Positions 52,386 through 60,724 of a stretch of 64,000 nt of DNA are shown here, one piece after another. The stretch comes from a virus (Duplodnaviria > Caudoviricetes), in the IMG/VR virus record IMGVR_UViG_3300049052_000033, positions 1 through 64,000 of that record; one strand, written 5' to 3'. The notes under the pieces are model-generated. The model was not told where the DNA came from. It saw only the letters and a list, made by a program, of their open reading frames with translations, and made no database searches. The translations under genes and the position numbers were made by a program. Positions within the stretch are counted from its first letter, which is position 1, and every line of letters begins with the position of its first letter.

Positions 52386-53585
52386 TCATCCATCAAGCAA
52401 TAGATTCGGCAGACCAAAATTCACAGGACCAGCGTCAAACACCCCCGGCTCAACACCCACCGCTGACCCCGCAGGTACCTGATGTGCACCATACTTAACA
52501 GTGCTTTGCTGAGCGCGCACTGTCTCCAGAGTGGCGACCGGCGCCGGCTGCAGGGCCGACTCAAGCAGGTGTTTATAGCTGGCTACCGTCTGGCGAGAGA
52601 GGCGGGCGACCTTAGCCACTGCGGTCTGCGTCAGCTTCACGCCCTGGTCGAGGAGCTGCCGGCAGGCGCCACGGATTTTCGATTCAGTGGCCTGGTGGCG
52701 CCGGCCGTGCGTGCGCTCGGCGGCCATGCGCTGGCGAACTTGCAGCGGAAGGCTGTCGTCCAGCTGCATCACCCCTCGATGGCATCCTCCGCTGCCTTTG
52801 TAGTAGGTCCATGTCCAGCGGGCCACAGACCGCACAGTCGATCGCAGCGACGACAACGGAAGGTTCTCGGCGAATCCATATTTGTGGAAGCTGTTATGGT
52901 TGTGGGCGAAGGCATCCAGCAATCGCGAGAACCCTTCGAACGTCCCGTTAGACCGCTCGCGGTTCACGATGGAGTAGGCGTAGTGGCGCAGCAGCTCAAA
53001 CAGGATGCAGTGACGGGACTGGGCGACGTCTTCGACATTGGCTTGTTTTGCCCAGGGCGCAGTGCGTTCCAGCTCGACATGGTCGGCCAGCTCCCCCAGC
53101 TCGTACTCGTGCGCATGCAGTTCGTCGGTTAACCACCAGCGATGACCTGGTGTCTTGGCGACGGGGCCGCTGTGGAAGCTGCGGTCCGCATCCAGCCTGG
53201 CCGCCATTGCTTCGTAGATCGCCTTCATATAGGCAATCGGTTTGTCGCGTGCCGCCTCAGTCGTGCAGACCGGGACGATGGCGTAGAACAGGTGGCTTTT
53301 CCCGCTTTGCCTGTTGCGCACGATCAGGTTTGGTGCCGGCAGGCCCACGTCCTCCCAGCGCATCGCATGAGAGTGGTCCAGGTCGAAGATTAGCCAGCTG
53401 ACGAACCCCGGGCGGTTGACCTGCATGTACGGGTAGCGAATGGCGTACTCGCGCGGCCGCACACGCGTCGCGGTCTTATCGTCGCTACACCTGGGGTAAT
53501 ACGGGGCTTCCGTCAGGACGCGCGACAGCGCCGTCCCTTCCTGGAAGAACCGTTGTTGCGATTCTTCAATCTTAGGCACGAACAT
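52386..53585 (-). CDS. repA: Plasmid replication initiator, ColE2-type replicase/primase (Replicase + PriCT + HTH)
   Basis: PYYPRCSDD, YMQVNRP, WLIFDLD, KSHLFY, GPVAKTP motifs; PriCT-like helical region; C-terminal HTH; GAGG RBS (start 53585 or 53591). Confidence 0.88.
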   Translation of the reverse strand: MFVPKIEESQQRFFQEGTALSRVLTEAPYYPRCSDDKTATRVRPREYAIRYPYMQVNRPGFVSWLIFDLDHSHAMRWEDVGLPAPNLIVRNRQSGKSHLFYAIVPVCTTEAARDKPIAYMKAIYEAMAARLDADRSFHSGPVAKTPGHRWWLTDELHAHEYELGELADHVELERTAPWAKQANVEDVAQSRHCILFELLRHYAYSIVNRERSNGTFEGFSRLLDAFAHNHNSFHKYGFAENLPLSSLRSTVRSVARWTWTYYKGSGGCHRGVMQLDDSLPLQVRQRMAAERTHGRRHQATESKIRGACRQLLDQGVKLTQTAVAKVARLSRQTVASYKHLLESALQPAPVATLETVRAQQSTVKYGAHQVPAGSAVGVEPGVFDAGPVNFGLPNLLLDG

Positions 53586-53618
53586 AGCCATCCTCGCCCC
53601 CAAAAGGGGGTAAAGTGG

Positions 53619-53755
53619 TTGACAGGGGCTAAGAGGGGGTCTAAGATGAAGCTTCCTAGTAAGGGGGTTCCAGCCCCCTGACGCTGCATCCAGTACCATC
53701 GACTCTGTAGCTGTACATGAAACGCCTCGGTTCCAGCCGGGGCGTTTCGCTTTTC
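53619..53755 (+). ncRNA. Candidate counter-transcribed antisense RNA of the repA leader (promoter plus ~100-nt RNA)
   Basis: TTGACA-N17-TAAGAT at 53619-53647 pointing opposite to repA; terminator GAAACGCC...GGCGTTTC-GCTTTT at 53719-53755. Confidence 0.65.
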
Positions 53756-53853
53756 AGGGTCCGGTTATCGGTCCATGTGGTTCCTTTGTCCAAATACGTC
53801 GAAACCCGACCAAAGGCCGGGTTTCGCGGTTTACGGGTTAACGATTAGACTAT

Positions 53854-53886
53854 TATTCCCGGGGAATATTACATAAGCCATTGATT
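53854..53886. promoter_or_regulatory. parS-like palindrome plus IHF site, copy 3
   Basis: TATTCCC-G-GGGAATA followed after 5 bp by TAA-GCCA-TTGATT, at the parB 3' end. Confidence 0.65.
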
Positions 53887-54842
53887 TAATTGACTTTCAT
53901 GTCTTTTTTCTGCTGCGTCAAACGCTCCAGAGCTTCCTCGATGGCACGGCGCACCTCCGCCATATCTAGATCCGGGTCGGCCAGGCGCGTTACGATATCG
54001 CGATCCTTTTCCAGCGTAACAAAGCACGCGTCCCCCGACGGGTAGGGGATATGGTGCCGCCCTCGCTGGGTGCTTGTCCGCTCAGTCTTACTTTTTACTT
54101 TGTTGCTTACAGCTTGTGCAACCCATGCCCGGAGGCCGTTTTGTTCGACACCTGGTTCGACTAAGCGACGAATACCTGCGATGACCAATTCGCTGTGTTC
54201 CGGATATTGATCCCACAGCGCCTGGACAACAGCGGCTGCCTTCGCACCGAATAACCCCGGTTCCTTGTCCAGCTCGTCCAATATCGGCTTGGGCAGGTCG
54301 AGCATACTCAGGCATTTCGATACCTTTCCCTGCGAACAGCCCCAAAGCTCGGCCACTCCCGACTGGCTCGACGCGAAGCCGTCGTCCAGCGCCTCGCGGA
54401 ACATCAACGCATGTTCGTAGTCGGTATTAGGCCGGCTGGTATTGTCCAGCCAGACGTCCAGCTTCGCCTGCCGATCATCACGTACAACCACAAGCGCCCG
54501 CAGTTCGGGAATGCCGCGATCCTTGGCGGCCCGGGTACGGGTTTCGCCTTTCAAAAGCTCATAACGACCGTTGGCTTTTTGACGCACCGTAATCGGCGTG
54601 CGCTGGCCAGCAGTAATGAGCGTCGCGCCCACTTGGTCAACGGCAATCGGGTCAACCTTCTTGCGGCTTTGGTACGGGGAATAGTCCAGCAGATCCACGG
54701 CAATCATGCGCTCGACCGCCACGTCGGCAGTCGGCGTCTGCGCCTGATTTTGCGCCTCAGGGAGAGCGTCGAACGCGTGAGACTCGCTTCCAGCAGTAGG
54801 TGCTGCAACTTTTCCAGCTTGAATCAGTCCGGACACCTTCAT
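53886..54842 (-). CDS. parB: ParB partition protein
   Basis: SPYQSR, GQRTPITVR, YELLKGETRTRA (ParB box II-like), HTH region SQSGVAELWGCSQGKVSK. Confidence 0.9.
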   Translation of the reverse strand: MKVSGLIQAGKVAAPTAGSESHAFDALPEAQNQAQTPTADVAVERMIAVDLLDYSPYQSRKKVDPIAVDQVGATLITAGQRTPITVRQKANGRYELLKGETRTRAAKDRGIPELRALVVVRDDRQAKLDVWLDNTSRPNTDYEHALMFREALDDGFASSQSGVAELWGCSQGKVSKCLSMLDLPKPILDELDKEPGLFGAKAAAVVQALWDQYPEHSELVIAGIRRLVEPGVEQNGLRAWVAQAVSNKVKSKTERTSTQRGRHHIPYPSGDACFVTLEKDRDIVTRLADPDLDMAEVRRAIEEALERLTQQKKDMKVN

Positions 54843-55888
54843 GCAGCAGCCTCCAGGCCGTATGGCTTGATGCCGGCAAGGCGAACGTCATACAGCTTTA
54901 CCAGCGATCGAGTCAGGTCGATAATCTCGCGAGCCCCCACGCTATTCAGTTCGCGCTCCAGCACCGGCGCATTGCTGGTGACATTGGCCGGATCTGTCTC
55001 TCGCAAGAATCCGACGAAATCTCGGACAACGTTATCGTTGACTTTGCCAGGATACTTAGACAGCAACACGGAGAGATTGTCGCGATGCGGTTGGCGTGAC
55101 TGGTTGAACTTATTGACCACGATATGCACGTCAAGCCTCACACCAGAATCGCGCAACGCCTGGTTAATTTCTTGCACATTCGACGCCAGCACATCCAGCG
55201 CGGTAATGGCTTGACCTTCAGGTGCCACAACGGCCAGTAACTGTTTGCTTGCCACCATGAAGCTGGTCGCCAGCAGCGAGGCCCCCGGGGCCGAGTCGAT
55301 GATAATTACGTCATACTGGCTGAAAAATTCCAGTTCCGCTTCTAACAAACGCTTAAACACATGTTCCCGCGCCATAGCCCCAATCATCCAGGCATCGTCC
55401 GCCATCGTGATATCGCTCGGGATCAGGTCAAGCATGCCGCCCACGTACATTGGACGAACGGCCTCGCGGATTCTAGTTGGTTCACCGCGCGCGTTCCGCT
55501 TCATCAGCTCAGCGATGTGCGTGATCGGTTCAGCCATTGCGTCAATGCCGTAGAGGCCTGTCAGCGAAGCCTGAGGGTCCCCGTCGATTAGCAGGACCTT
55601 GTAGCCCATCAGGGCCATAGCACAAGCCACGTTGCCCGAAATGGTAGTCTTACCTACGCCGCCCTTCGCCATGCGTGTATTCATGATTGGCGGCAAGGCC
55701 AGCGGGCGCTTCGTGTCCTGAGGAATATTCAATAGCTGCATCCGAATACTGCGGATGCGCTGCGGAGAGTAAAGCTGCACGGTGCCATCGTTGGCTTCGC
55801 GGAAACGGTCACGGAACATCTTAGGTGACCCCGTGAAGCCGGTAAAATCCTGTGCGTGTTTTGGTTTAATGCCGGGGAAGTTTCGCAT
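54839..55888 (-). CDS. parA: ParA partition ATPase (type Ia with N-terminal extension)
   Basis: KGGVGKTT Walker A, LLIDGDPQASLT, YDVIIIDSAP. Confidence 0.93.
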   Translation of the reverse strand: MRNFPGIKPKHAQDFTGFTGSPKMFRDRFREANDGTVQLYSPQRIRSIRMQLLNIPQDTKRPLALPPIMNTRMAKGGVGKTTISGNVACAMALMGYKVLLIDGDPQASLTGLYGIDAMAEPITHIAELMKRNARGEPTRIREAVRPMYVGGMLDLIPSDITMADDAWMIGAMAREHVFKRLLEAELEFFSQYDVIIIDSAPGASLLATSFMVASKQLLAVVAPEGQAITALDVLASNVQEINQALRDSGVRLDVHIVVNKFNQSRQPHRDNLSVLLSKYPGKVNDNVVRDFVGFLRETDPANVTSNAPVLERELNSVGAREIIDLTRSLVKLYDVRLAGIKPYGLEAAA

Positions 55889-56045
55889 TTGCGACCCTGT
55901 CTTAATTTTCGTTCAATGGATCATAACCGCAACTTTGGTCGCTTTTCAAGAAAAAATTACGAAAAAGCGACCTAGAACCGCAAACGAATCCGACGCCTGA
56001 AAACGCGAATTCGCTCGTTAAGTCGGAGTTAACGTTTCAAATCAA

Positions 56046-56477
56046 TTACTTAACAATTGGGAATTTGTGCTGGCGTCCAATTTGGCGCAATCGTTGATGA
56101 CCGTTGCGTAATCGCTGCTGCACGGCACCTGCGCGAACGAAGACGCCCAGCTGGGTGAAGAAGCCGACCCAGTAACCTTTGCTGGTCGAGCGGTCGAGGT
56201 AGTCGATATCGGCGGCGATTCGTCCCAGCAGGTTGGCGCCCACCTGGTGTGGACTTGCGCGTAACGTGCGGGCCAACTGCCGCGCGAAATGACGTCCCGC
56301 CTGGCAGGCATGGTTATAGTTCGCCGGCGGGCGTGTTGCCCAAAGCGCGGTAATGCGGCCGCCGGGGCGCGACTGCTGAATAAAGGGAAGCTGATGGAAG
56401 TGGTTAGCGCCGTGCGACAGGCGCGCGCGACGATAGGGGCGCTTGAGAGCGCCGGCCCGGGATGGGCGTGGGTTCAT
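56046..56477 (-). CDS. Hypothetical protein
   Basis: GAGGA RBS; FHQLPF...KGYWVGFF pattern. Confidence 0.55.
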   Translation of the reverse strand: MNPRPSRAGALKRPYRRARLSHGANHFHQLPFIQQSRPGGRITALWATRPPANYNHACQAGRHFARQLARTLRASPHQVGANLLGRIAADIDYLDRSTSKGYWVGFFTQLGVFVRAGAVQQRLRNGHQRLRQIGRQHKFPIVK

Positions 56478-56744
56478 TTGATTTTCCTCTGATTTCGTTC
56501 ACGATCACCCCTTGTTCAGAGAGGTGGCCAGGTGCTTGAACACGGTCAGAGAACCGCCCGCAGTTTTCCCCGAAGGTCTTATATGGACTGCACGCCACCC
56601 GGCCGTAGTCGGTATGCGCCGTACAGGCGCAGATATTCTATGGTCAAATGGCCGCGAATTGACGGATGCGACTTCCGCTCTGAGGTGTGTTCAGCACCAA
56701 CGCGGAGGCTACGCGGTGTTTGCCGGATTGTCAACCGGCAACCG

Positions 56745-56942
56745 TCAATCGCCGGACTGAATTGCCATCGACCCGATCCGATCACGTGCATAGTGGTCGA
56801 TGGCTTCGCGCAGGCTCGTACGCCAGCGATCTGAGCCAAAGAGGCGATACGCCGGTGCTCCGTTGTGGCTGCCAGCAACGTAACCGTGCGTGCGTTCAAG
56901 CAGGTCCAGCCGTTCGCTATCACTCAGCTGCTGGACGCTCAT
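56745..56942 (-). CDS. Small hypothetical protein
   Basis: ATGA coupling to the upstream gene (MSVQQLSDSERLDLLE). Confidence 0.45.
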   Translation of the reverse strand: MSVQQLSDSERLDLLERTHGYVAGSHNGAPAYRLFGSDRWRTSLREAIDHYARDRIGSMAIQSGD

Positions 56943-57499
56943 GCCGGTGCTGCGGCCGGCGTGGCGGCGCCGGCCGCGGCTGCCGCTTCTTCGCTCATGA
57001 CGCAGTCGAGTGCCTGGTTCCATTGCGTATGGCGCGGGAACACGCGGTAGCGATGATTGCGGCTGCCGACGCTCGATACCTGCAGCCGGCACATGTCCGG
57101 CCCAATATGCCAGAGGCGATCCAACGCCCACTCCAGGTAGGCGCCGTTGCGGCCTTGCACAGCGATGACGGCACGCATCTGGTCCAGTACCGCCAATGGG
57201 TTGAACTCGGTGTGGGGTGGCAGACCAGCGGCTGCACCAATCCTGGTGAATAGCTGGTCCAGGTAATTCTCGGCGGTCGTCTTGCCGACGTCATTGAAAG
57301 CGCCACGAATAGCGCCGATGCATGCTTCCGCCTGCGCCGTGTCGACGCCATCTTCGGACTCGCAGGCCTCCACCAGCAAGCTGGCAGCCTTGTCCATCAG
57401 CAGCTGCTGTCGTTCGATCAAAGCCAGGGCAGAGGCGGCAAGTGGGTGGTTGGGTTCGGCGCGCAGGCGCTCCAGCAGGTCGGCGGTGTCAATGTTCAT
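56939..57499 (-). CDS. Hypothetical protein
   Basis: Typical codon usage from MNIDTADL. Confidence 0.6.
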   Translation of the reverse strand: MNIDTADLLERLRAEPNHPLAASALALIERQQLLMDKAASLLVEACESEDGVDTAQAEACIGAIRGAFNDVGKTTAENYLDQLFTRIGAAAGLPPHTEFNPLAVLDQMRAVIAVQGRNGAYLEWALDRLWHIGPDMCRLQVSSVGSRNHRYRVFPRHTQWNQALDCVMSEEAAAAAGAATPAAAPA

Positions 57500-57560
57500 G
57501 GGCTGTCGGATAAAGAAAGGGCGGCACGCAGGCCGCCCGGGTGGGTCGTAGTCAATGCGG

Positions 57561-57839
57561 TTAGCCGGCGTCTGGCGTGCCAGGCTTGGCCTGCAGCATG
57601 CGGTGGGCTTCACCGAATTCGTGGGGTACGCGGCCGGTCTTATCGGGCAGGATATTCAGCATGATGACGCCTGCTTCTTCCGTAAGCGGCACCGAGAACG
57701 CCGCCAGCATGCAGATATTGTGTTTCTTGCAGGTGTTTTTCAGGTGGTCCACGATTGGGGCGATGTGGCGCAGGTAGACGAAAGAAGGATCGTCCTTGCC
57801 GTTGCCATTGCCGTTACCGTTGCCGTGTTTCTTGGTCAT
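57561..57839 (-). CDS. Hypothetical protein
   Basis: AAGGA RBS; N-terminal (GN)n stretch. Confidence 0.6.
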   Translation of the reverse strand: MTKKHGNGNGNGNGKDDPSFVYLRHIAPIVDHLKNTCKKHNICMLAAFSVPLTEEAGVIMLNILPDKTGRVPHEFGEAHRMLQAKPGTPDAG

Positions 57840-57848
57840 GGGCGGTCC

Positions 57849-58070
57849 TTAGTTGGTCGAAGTCAGAATGTGCGGCGGCAGCGACGGATTTCCCGGCGAT
57901 TGATACCAATAAACAACAATCACAACGATCAAGGCGAAACCCAGCGCAGTCAGCGCCTCGCCCCAAGTGGTTTGGTGCTCGCAAGGTGGTGCAGCGAATG
58001 GTGAAGTCGGGTATGCGGTGGTCATGCGCGGTTCCGTGCTGCGCGCCATGCGGTGCCGGCCAACAGGCAA
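57849..58070 (-). CDS. Small membrane protein (start uncertain, possibly 58025)
   Basis: Single TM helix ALTALGFALIVVIVVYW. Confidence 0.5.
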   Translation of the reverse strand: MPVGRHRMARSTEPRMTTAYPTSPFAAPPCEHQTTWGEALTALGFALIVVIVVYWYQSPGNPSLPPHILTSTN

Positions 58071-58183
58071 GCGGGCTTCCGTCCCGTTGAAAATGCTTGG
58101 TTAAAGGATGGCCGGACGGCGCCCGGGTCCTGTACGTTGCATCGAAAGTCCGCTTGCTTGTTGCCCGGCGTTCCCGCCGAGCG

Positions 58184-58233
58184 CTACAACAAATAGTTGA
58201 AGTTCAGCGAGTATATATCAATTTTTCGGTGTA
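58184..58233 (-). promoter_or_regulatory. Leftward sigma70 promoter with a CI-type operator just downstream
   Basis: Minus-strand TTGCTA-N16-TATACT; operator CTACAAC-AAATA-GTTGAAG at 58184-58202. Confidence 0.6.
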
Positions 58234-58335
58234 GCAAGTGCTGCATTCCGGCAAACCTGAATTCCGTTATACAAAATCAGCTTTCAGGAGTTGCAAATAA
58301 GGCTATATACTTTGCCCGAAGCATTGGAGATTTAT

Positions 58336-59343
58336 ATGTCCCGGCTGCCCCTATACCGACACCCAACGACAACCGTCATTCTTGACGAGTCGCAGCACCA
58401 CATTCACGCCGTGCCAACCGAGCTGGATACCCAGCACCCGACCGTCACCTTTACGAATGCGGCGGATGCCGTCGAATACATCACCGGGGCGCAGGCGATG
58501 ATGGACCATGCACGCAGCCCGATTGCCCTGGATCCTGTGGCGCCGGCGGCTGGCGTTCCGGTCGGGTCGCTTTCGGACGGGCTCGACCACATTTACGGCT
58601 ACGTGCAGGACCCGCAGCGATTCTGCGCGCCGGCAGTCGTGGTCGTTGAATACTCGCGCGCCGCCGGCGGGGGCATGGAGTTTTGCGAGGAAATCGCGCA
58701 CCTGCCCGTCAAGTGCATCTGGCGGTCCCGTGCCGCGGAGCAGCACGATGGTATTGCGGCCTATCAGCGCGGCCTGGTCAATCGGTTTGTGCAGCGCGAA
58801 GCGGGCTGGGCCAGCCGCGGCCTGTTGGAGTCCGTGGAAATGCTCGAGCACGAATACTTCGTGGAGCTATCCCAGCGCCTTCCGGGGCACATCCTTGATA
58901 CTGCGTCCTATCGCTTCCTGCAGGACCCGGCATTTGCCTCCCTGGTGCAGGAGCAGGCCGACCGCTATGGATTCGTCGAGCACTACCTGTTCACGGCACC
59001 CAGCGGCCTGTTGTTTTTCGACGCCGATGGGCATGCCACCTTGATGGTCGTCCAGACCGAAGAAAGCTTGGCCACCCAGTTCGAAATCGCGCGTGACGCG
59101 CAGGCACCGGTGCGCCTGTTGCAGGACCTGTTCAAGTGCAGGGTGGTGCCGTTTTTCGGCACGGAGGATGGCATGTACTCCGACCAGCTGGAGGACGATC
59201 CATGCAGCTATTGCCAGCCGGCGCTCGTATGTCGCGGAAGCAGCGACTACTACTGGGCATTGTTTGACGTGCCGCCCGGTATGCGAAAGGGCCAGGCCTT
59301 CCCTTATGCCCGGTATCGCGAGACAGGCCCGCTACGCGGTTAG
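58336..59343 (+). CDS. LqsR/JqsR-family response regulator homolog with an atypical receiver domain (Asp replaced by Glu)
   Basis: P.T.V..D(E)S N-terminus, P.RF...VVVVEY...GMEFC..I, GIAAYQRGLVNRFV, EYF, FL.DPAF, VEHYLF...SGLLFFDADG follow the recalled LqsR pattern over ~335 aa; GGAG RBS. Confidence 0.8.
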   Translation: MSRLPLYRHPTTTVILDESQHHIHAVPTELDTQHPTVTFTNAADAVEYITGAQAMMDHARSPIALDPVAPAAGVPVGSLSDGLDHIYGYVQDPQRFCAPAVVVVEYSRAAGGGMEFCEEIAHLPVKCIWRSRAAEQHDGIAAYQRGLVNRFVQREAGWASRGLLESVEMLEHEYFVELSQRLPGHILDTASYRFLQDPAFASLVQEQADRYGFVEHYLFTAPSGLLFFDADGHATLMVVQTEESLATQFEIARDAQAPVRLLQDLFKCRVVPFFGTEDGMYSDQLEDDPCSYCQPALVCRGSSDYYWALFDVPPGMRKGQAFPYARYRETGPLRG

Positions 59344-59348
59344 GGCCG

Positions 59349-60245
59349 CTACGATAGAAGGCCCAAGCGCACCGCTGCATCGACAATCTGGTTGGTGGTC
59401 TCGACGCCCAGCTTTCCCTTGATCGCCTTAATGCGGCGGTCAATGGTCGGAATGCTCACGCCCATGAAGGCAGCAATTTCTTTGCGCAGGCGGCCATTCT
59501 TCAGGTAGGCAATGATCTCCACGTCATTCGCCGGAATTCCGACTTCGTCTTGCTCCTGCGCTGAGGCCGCACGGGCAGCTTGCAATCGCCCCAGCAAGGC
59601 ATGCGCGGCGTGGGCCAGCATGATCAGGTTTGGCTCCATTTGCGCCAGCTCGACCGGGTCAATGTCCGGATCTGCGCGCGATAGGACCAGAGTAGCCAGG
59701 CCGTCATCGGAGCGGAGCACCCAGCCAGAGCGAATACCGTGCCGGCTCGCCAGTGACCAGAACGCCGGGTTTTCTGCATGGCGTTCTCGCGCGGTCCATG
59801 TGGTTGGCCCTGTCATTTGGTTGACGCGTGGATCGATCAGGACAAGTTGTTCCCGATCGTAGGCCTCGCGCCATTCCCGCAGGTGATTGTGTTCTACCAC
59901 CATGTCGCCTGGGTCGCGCGCAGAGTGGGCCACGCCCAGCGTGGTGCCGAAACCGAATTTCTCGCGCGCCAGCTTGGCGATCGCCGAAAACTGCTTGTGA
60001 TCGGGCAGGTCTTGCAGTTCACGAATGATGCGTTTGCCCCACCGGTTGGTCCCGTCGCGGTGCTCGATCGGCAAGGTGAGCGGCGCGTCGCGCGCCTGGC
60101 GCTGCACTCGTTCCGCCGACAGGATGCGTTGATGAATGGTCTTGAGCTGCAGCCAAGGCTGCCAATCGACACGGCGACGAATCCTGCGCAGCACGAAACT
60201 GGCGAACTCGCCGGCCGGCACCGGCATGCCCGTGCTCTCCGACAT
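59349..60245 (-). CDS. LuxR-family regulator (autoinducer-binding domain plus HTH), orphan, with N-terminal extension
   Basis: W125, Y129, D138, P139, W150, G174 match the conserved AHL-pocket W/Y/D/P/W/G set; C-terminal LuxR HTH (KEIAAFMGVSIPTIDRRI..IKGKLGV). Confidence 0.88.
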   Translation of the reverse strand: MSESTGMPVPAGEFASFVLRRIRRRVDWQPWLQLKTIHQRILSAERVQRQARDAPLTLPIEHRDGTNRWGKRIIRELQDLPDHKQFSAIAKLAREKFGFGTTLGVAHSARDPGDMVVEHNHLREWREAYDREQLVLIDPRVNQMTGPTTWTARERHAENPAFWSLASRHGIRSGWVLRSDDGLATLVLSRADPDIDPVELAQMEPNLIMLAHAAHALLGRLQAARAASAQEQDEVGIPANDVEIIAYLKNGRLRKEIAAFMGVSIPTIDRRIKAIKGKLGVETTNQIVDAAVRLGLLS

Positions 60246-60505
60246 AGCGTAATGTTCGACGTGATGCCATGCGGCGGGATGACGAACCGTCGAAGGCTAT
60301 CATCGTAGTACCAGTGCCATCGGACCCACACATCCGGCTGATAGCTTCCACGCCATTCAGCGAATCCCGCTATCAGGACCGGGAAAAGGCGCTTCAATTG
60401 CTCCAGCAGCTGGTCGTCCACGTCGATCGTCAGGCGGCGCTGCGCGATGCGCTTCAAGGCTGCGCGGGTCAGGCGCACTTCCTGGTCGTGGGTTGAGCCG
60501 GTCAT
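60246..60505 (-). pseudogene. Upstream coding segment that appears frameshifted relative to the LuxR ORF
   Basis: 87 high-GC3 codons from ATG 60505 (MTGSTHDQ); the coding signal switches frame at ACG CTA TGT / ATG TCG with no stop codon. Confidence 0.45.
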
Positions 60506-60724
60506 GTCGTTGCCTGTGTGGCGAAATGCGTGTGGGGACGGACAAGCGGGTGTTACCAAGCCTATCACGAAAGCTATCACGTCCTTGATAGTTTAAGCTC
60601 AGCTGTTACATTGTCACAGTGCGCTTAATTGATAGCTAACAGGTGTTGCCTTGGCGCCATCGGCGATGCCAAGATACTGACCTCGTTTCTTGACTTACAT
60701 CAACAATCGTAAAGGTAGCGTTCG

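Noticed and set aside
52440-52500. ColE2-like origin inside the repA 3' end (CATCAGGTACCTGCGG on the minus strand)
   Set aside because: Only a loose resemblance to the recalled ColE2 ori; it cannot be supported without a mini-replicon test.
56046-56477. Possible quorum-sensing antiactivator (QslA-like)
   Set aside because: Tempting given the nearby QS genes, but I cannot match any diagnostic motif; left as hypothetical.
57805-57830. (GGCAAC/GGTAAC)n microsatellite as a phase-variation switch
   Set aside because: The unit is 6 bp, imperfect and in frame (Gly-Asn), so slippage would not change the frame.
60603-60619. Second LexA box upstream of the small ORF
   Set aside because: CTGT-N9-ACAG has a 9-bp spacer, not the required 8; kept only as an unassigned dyad.
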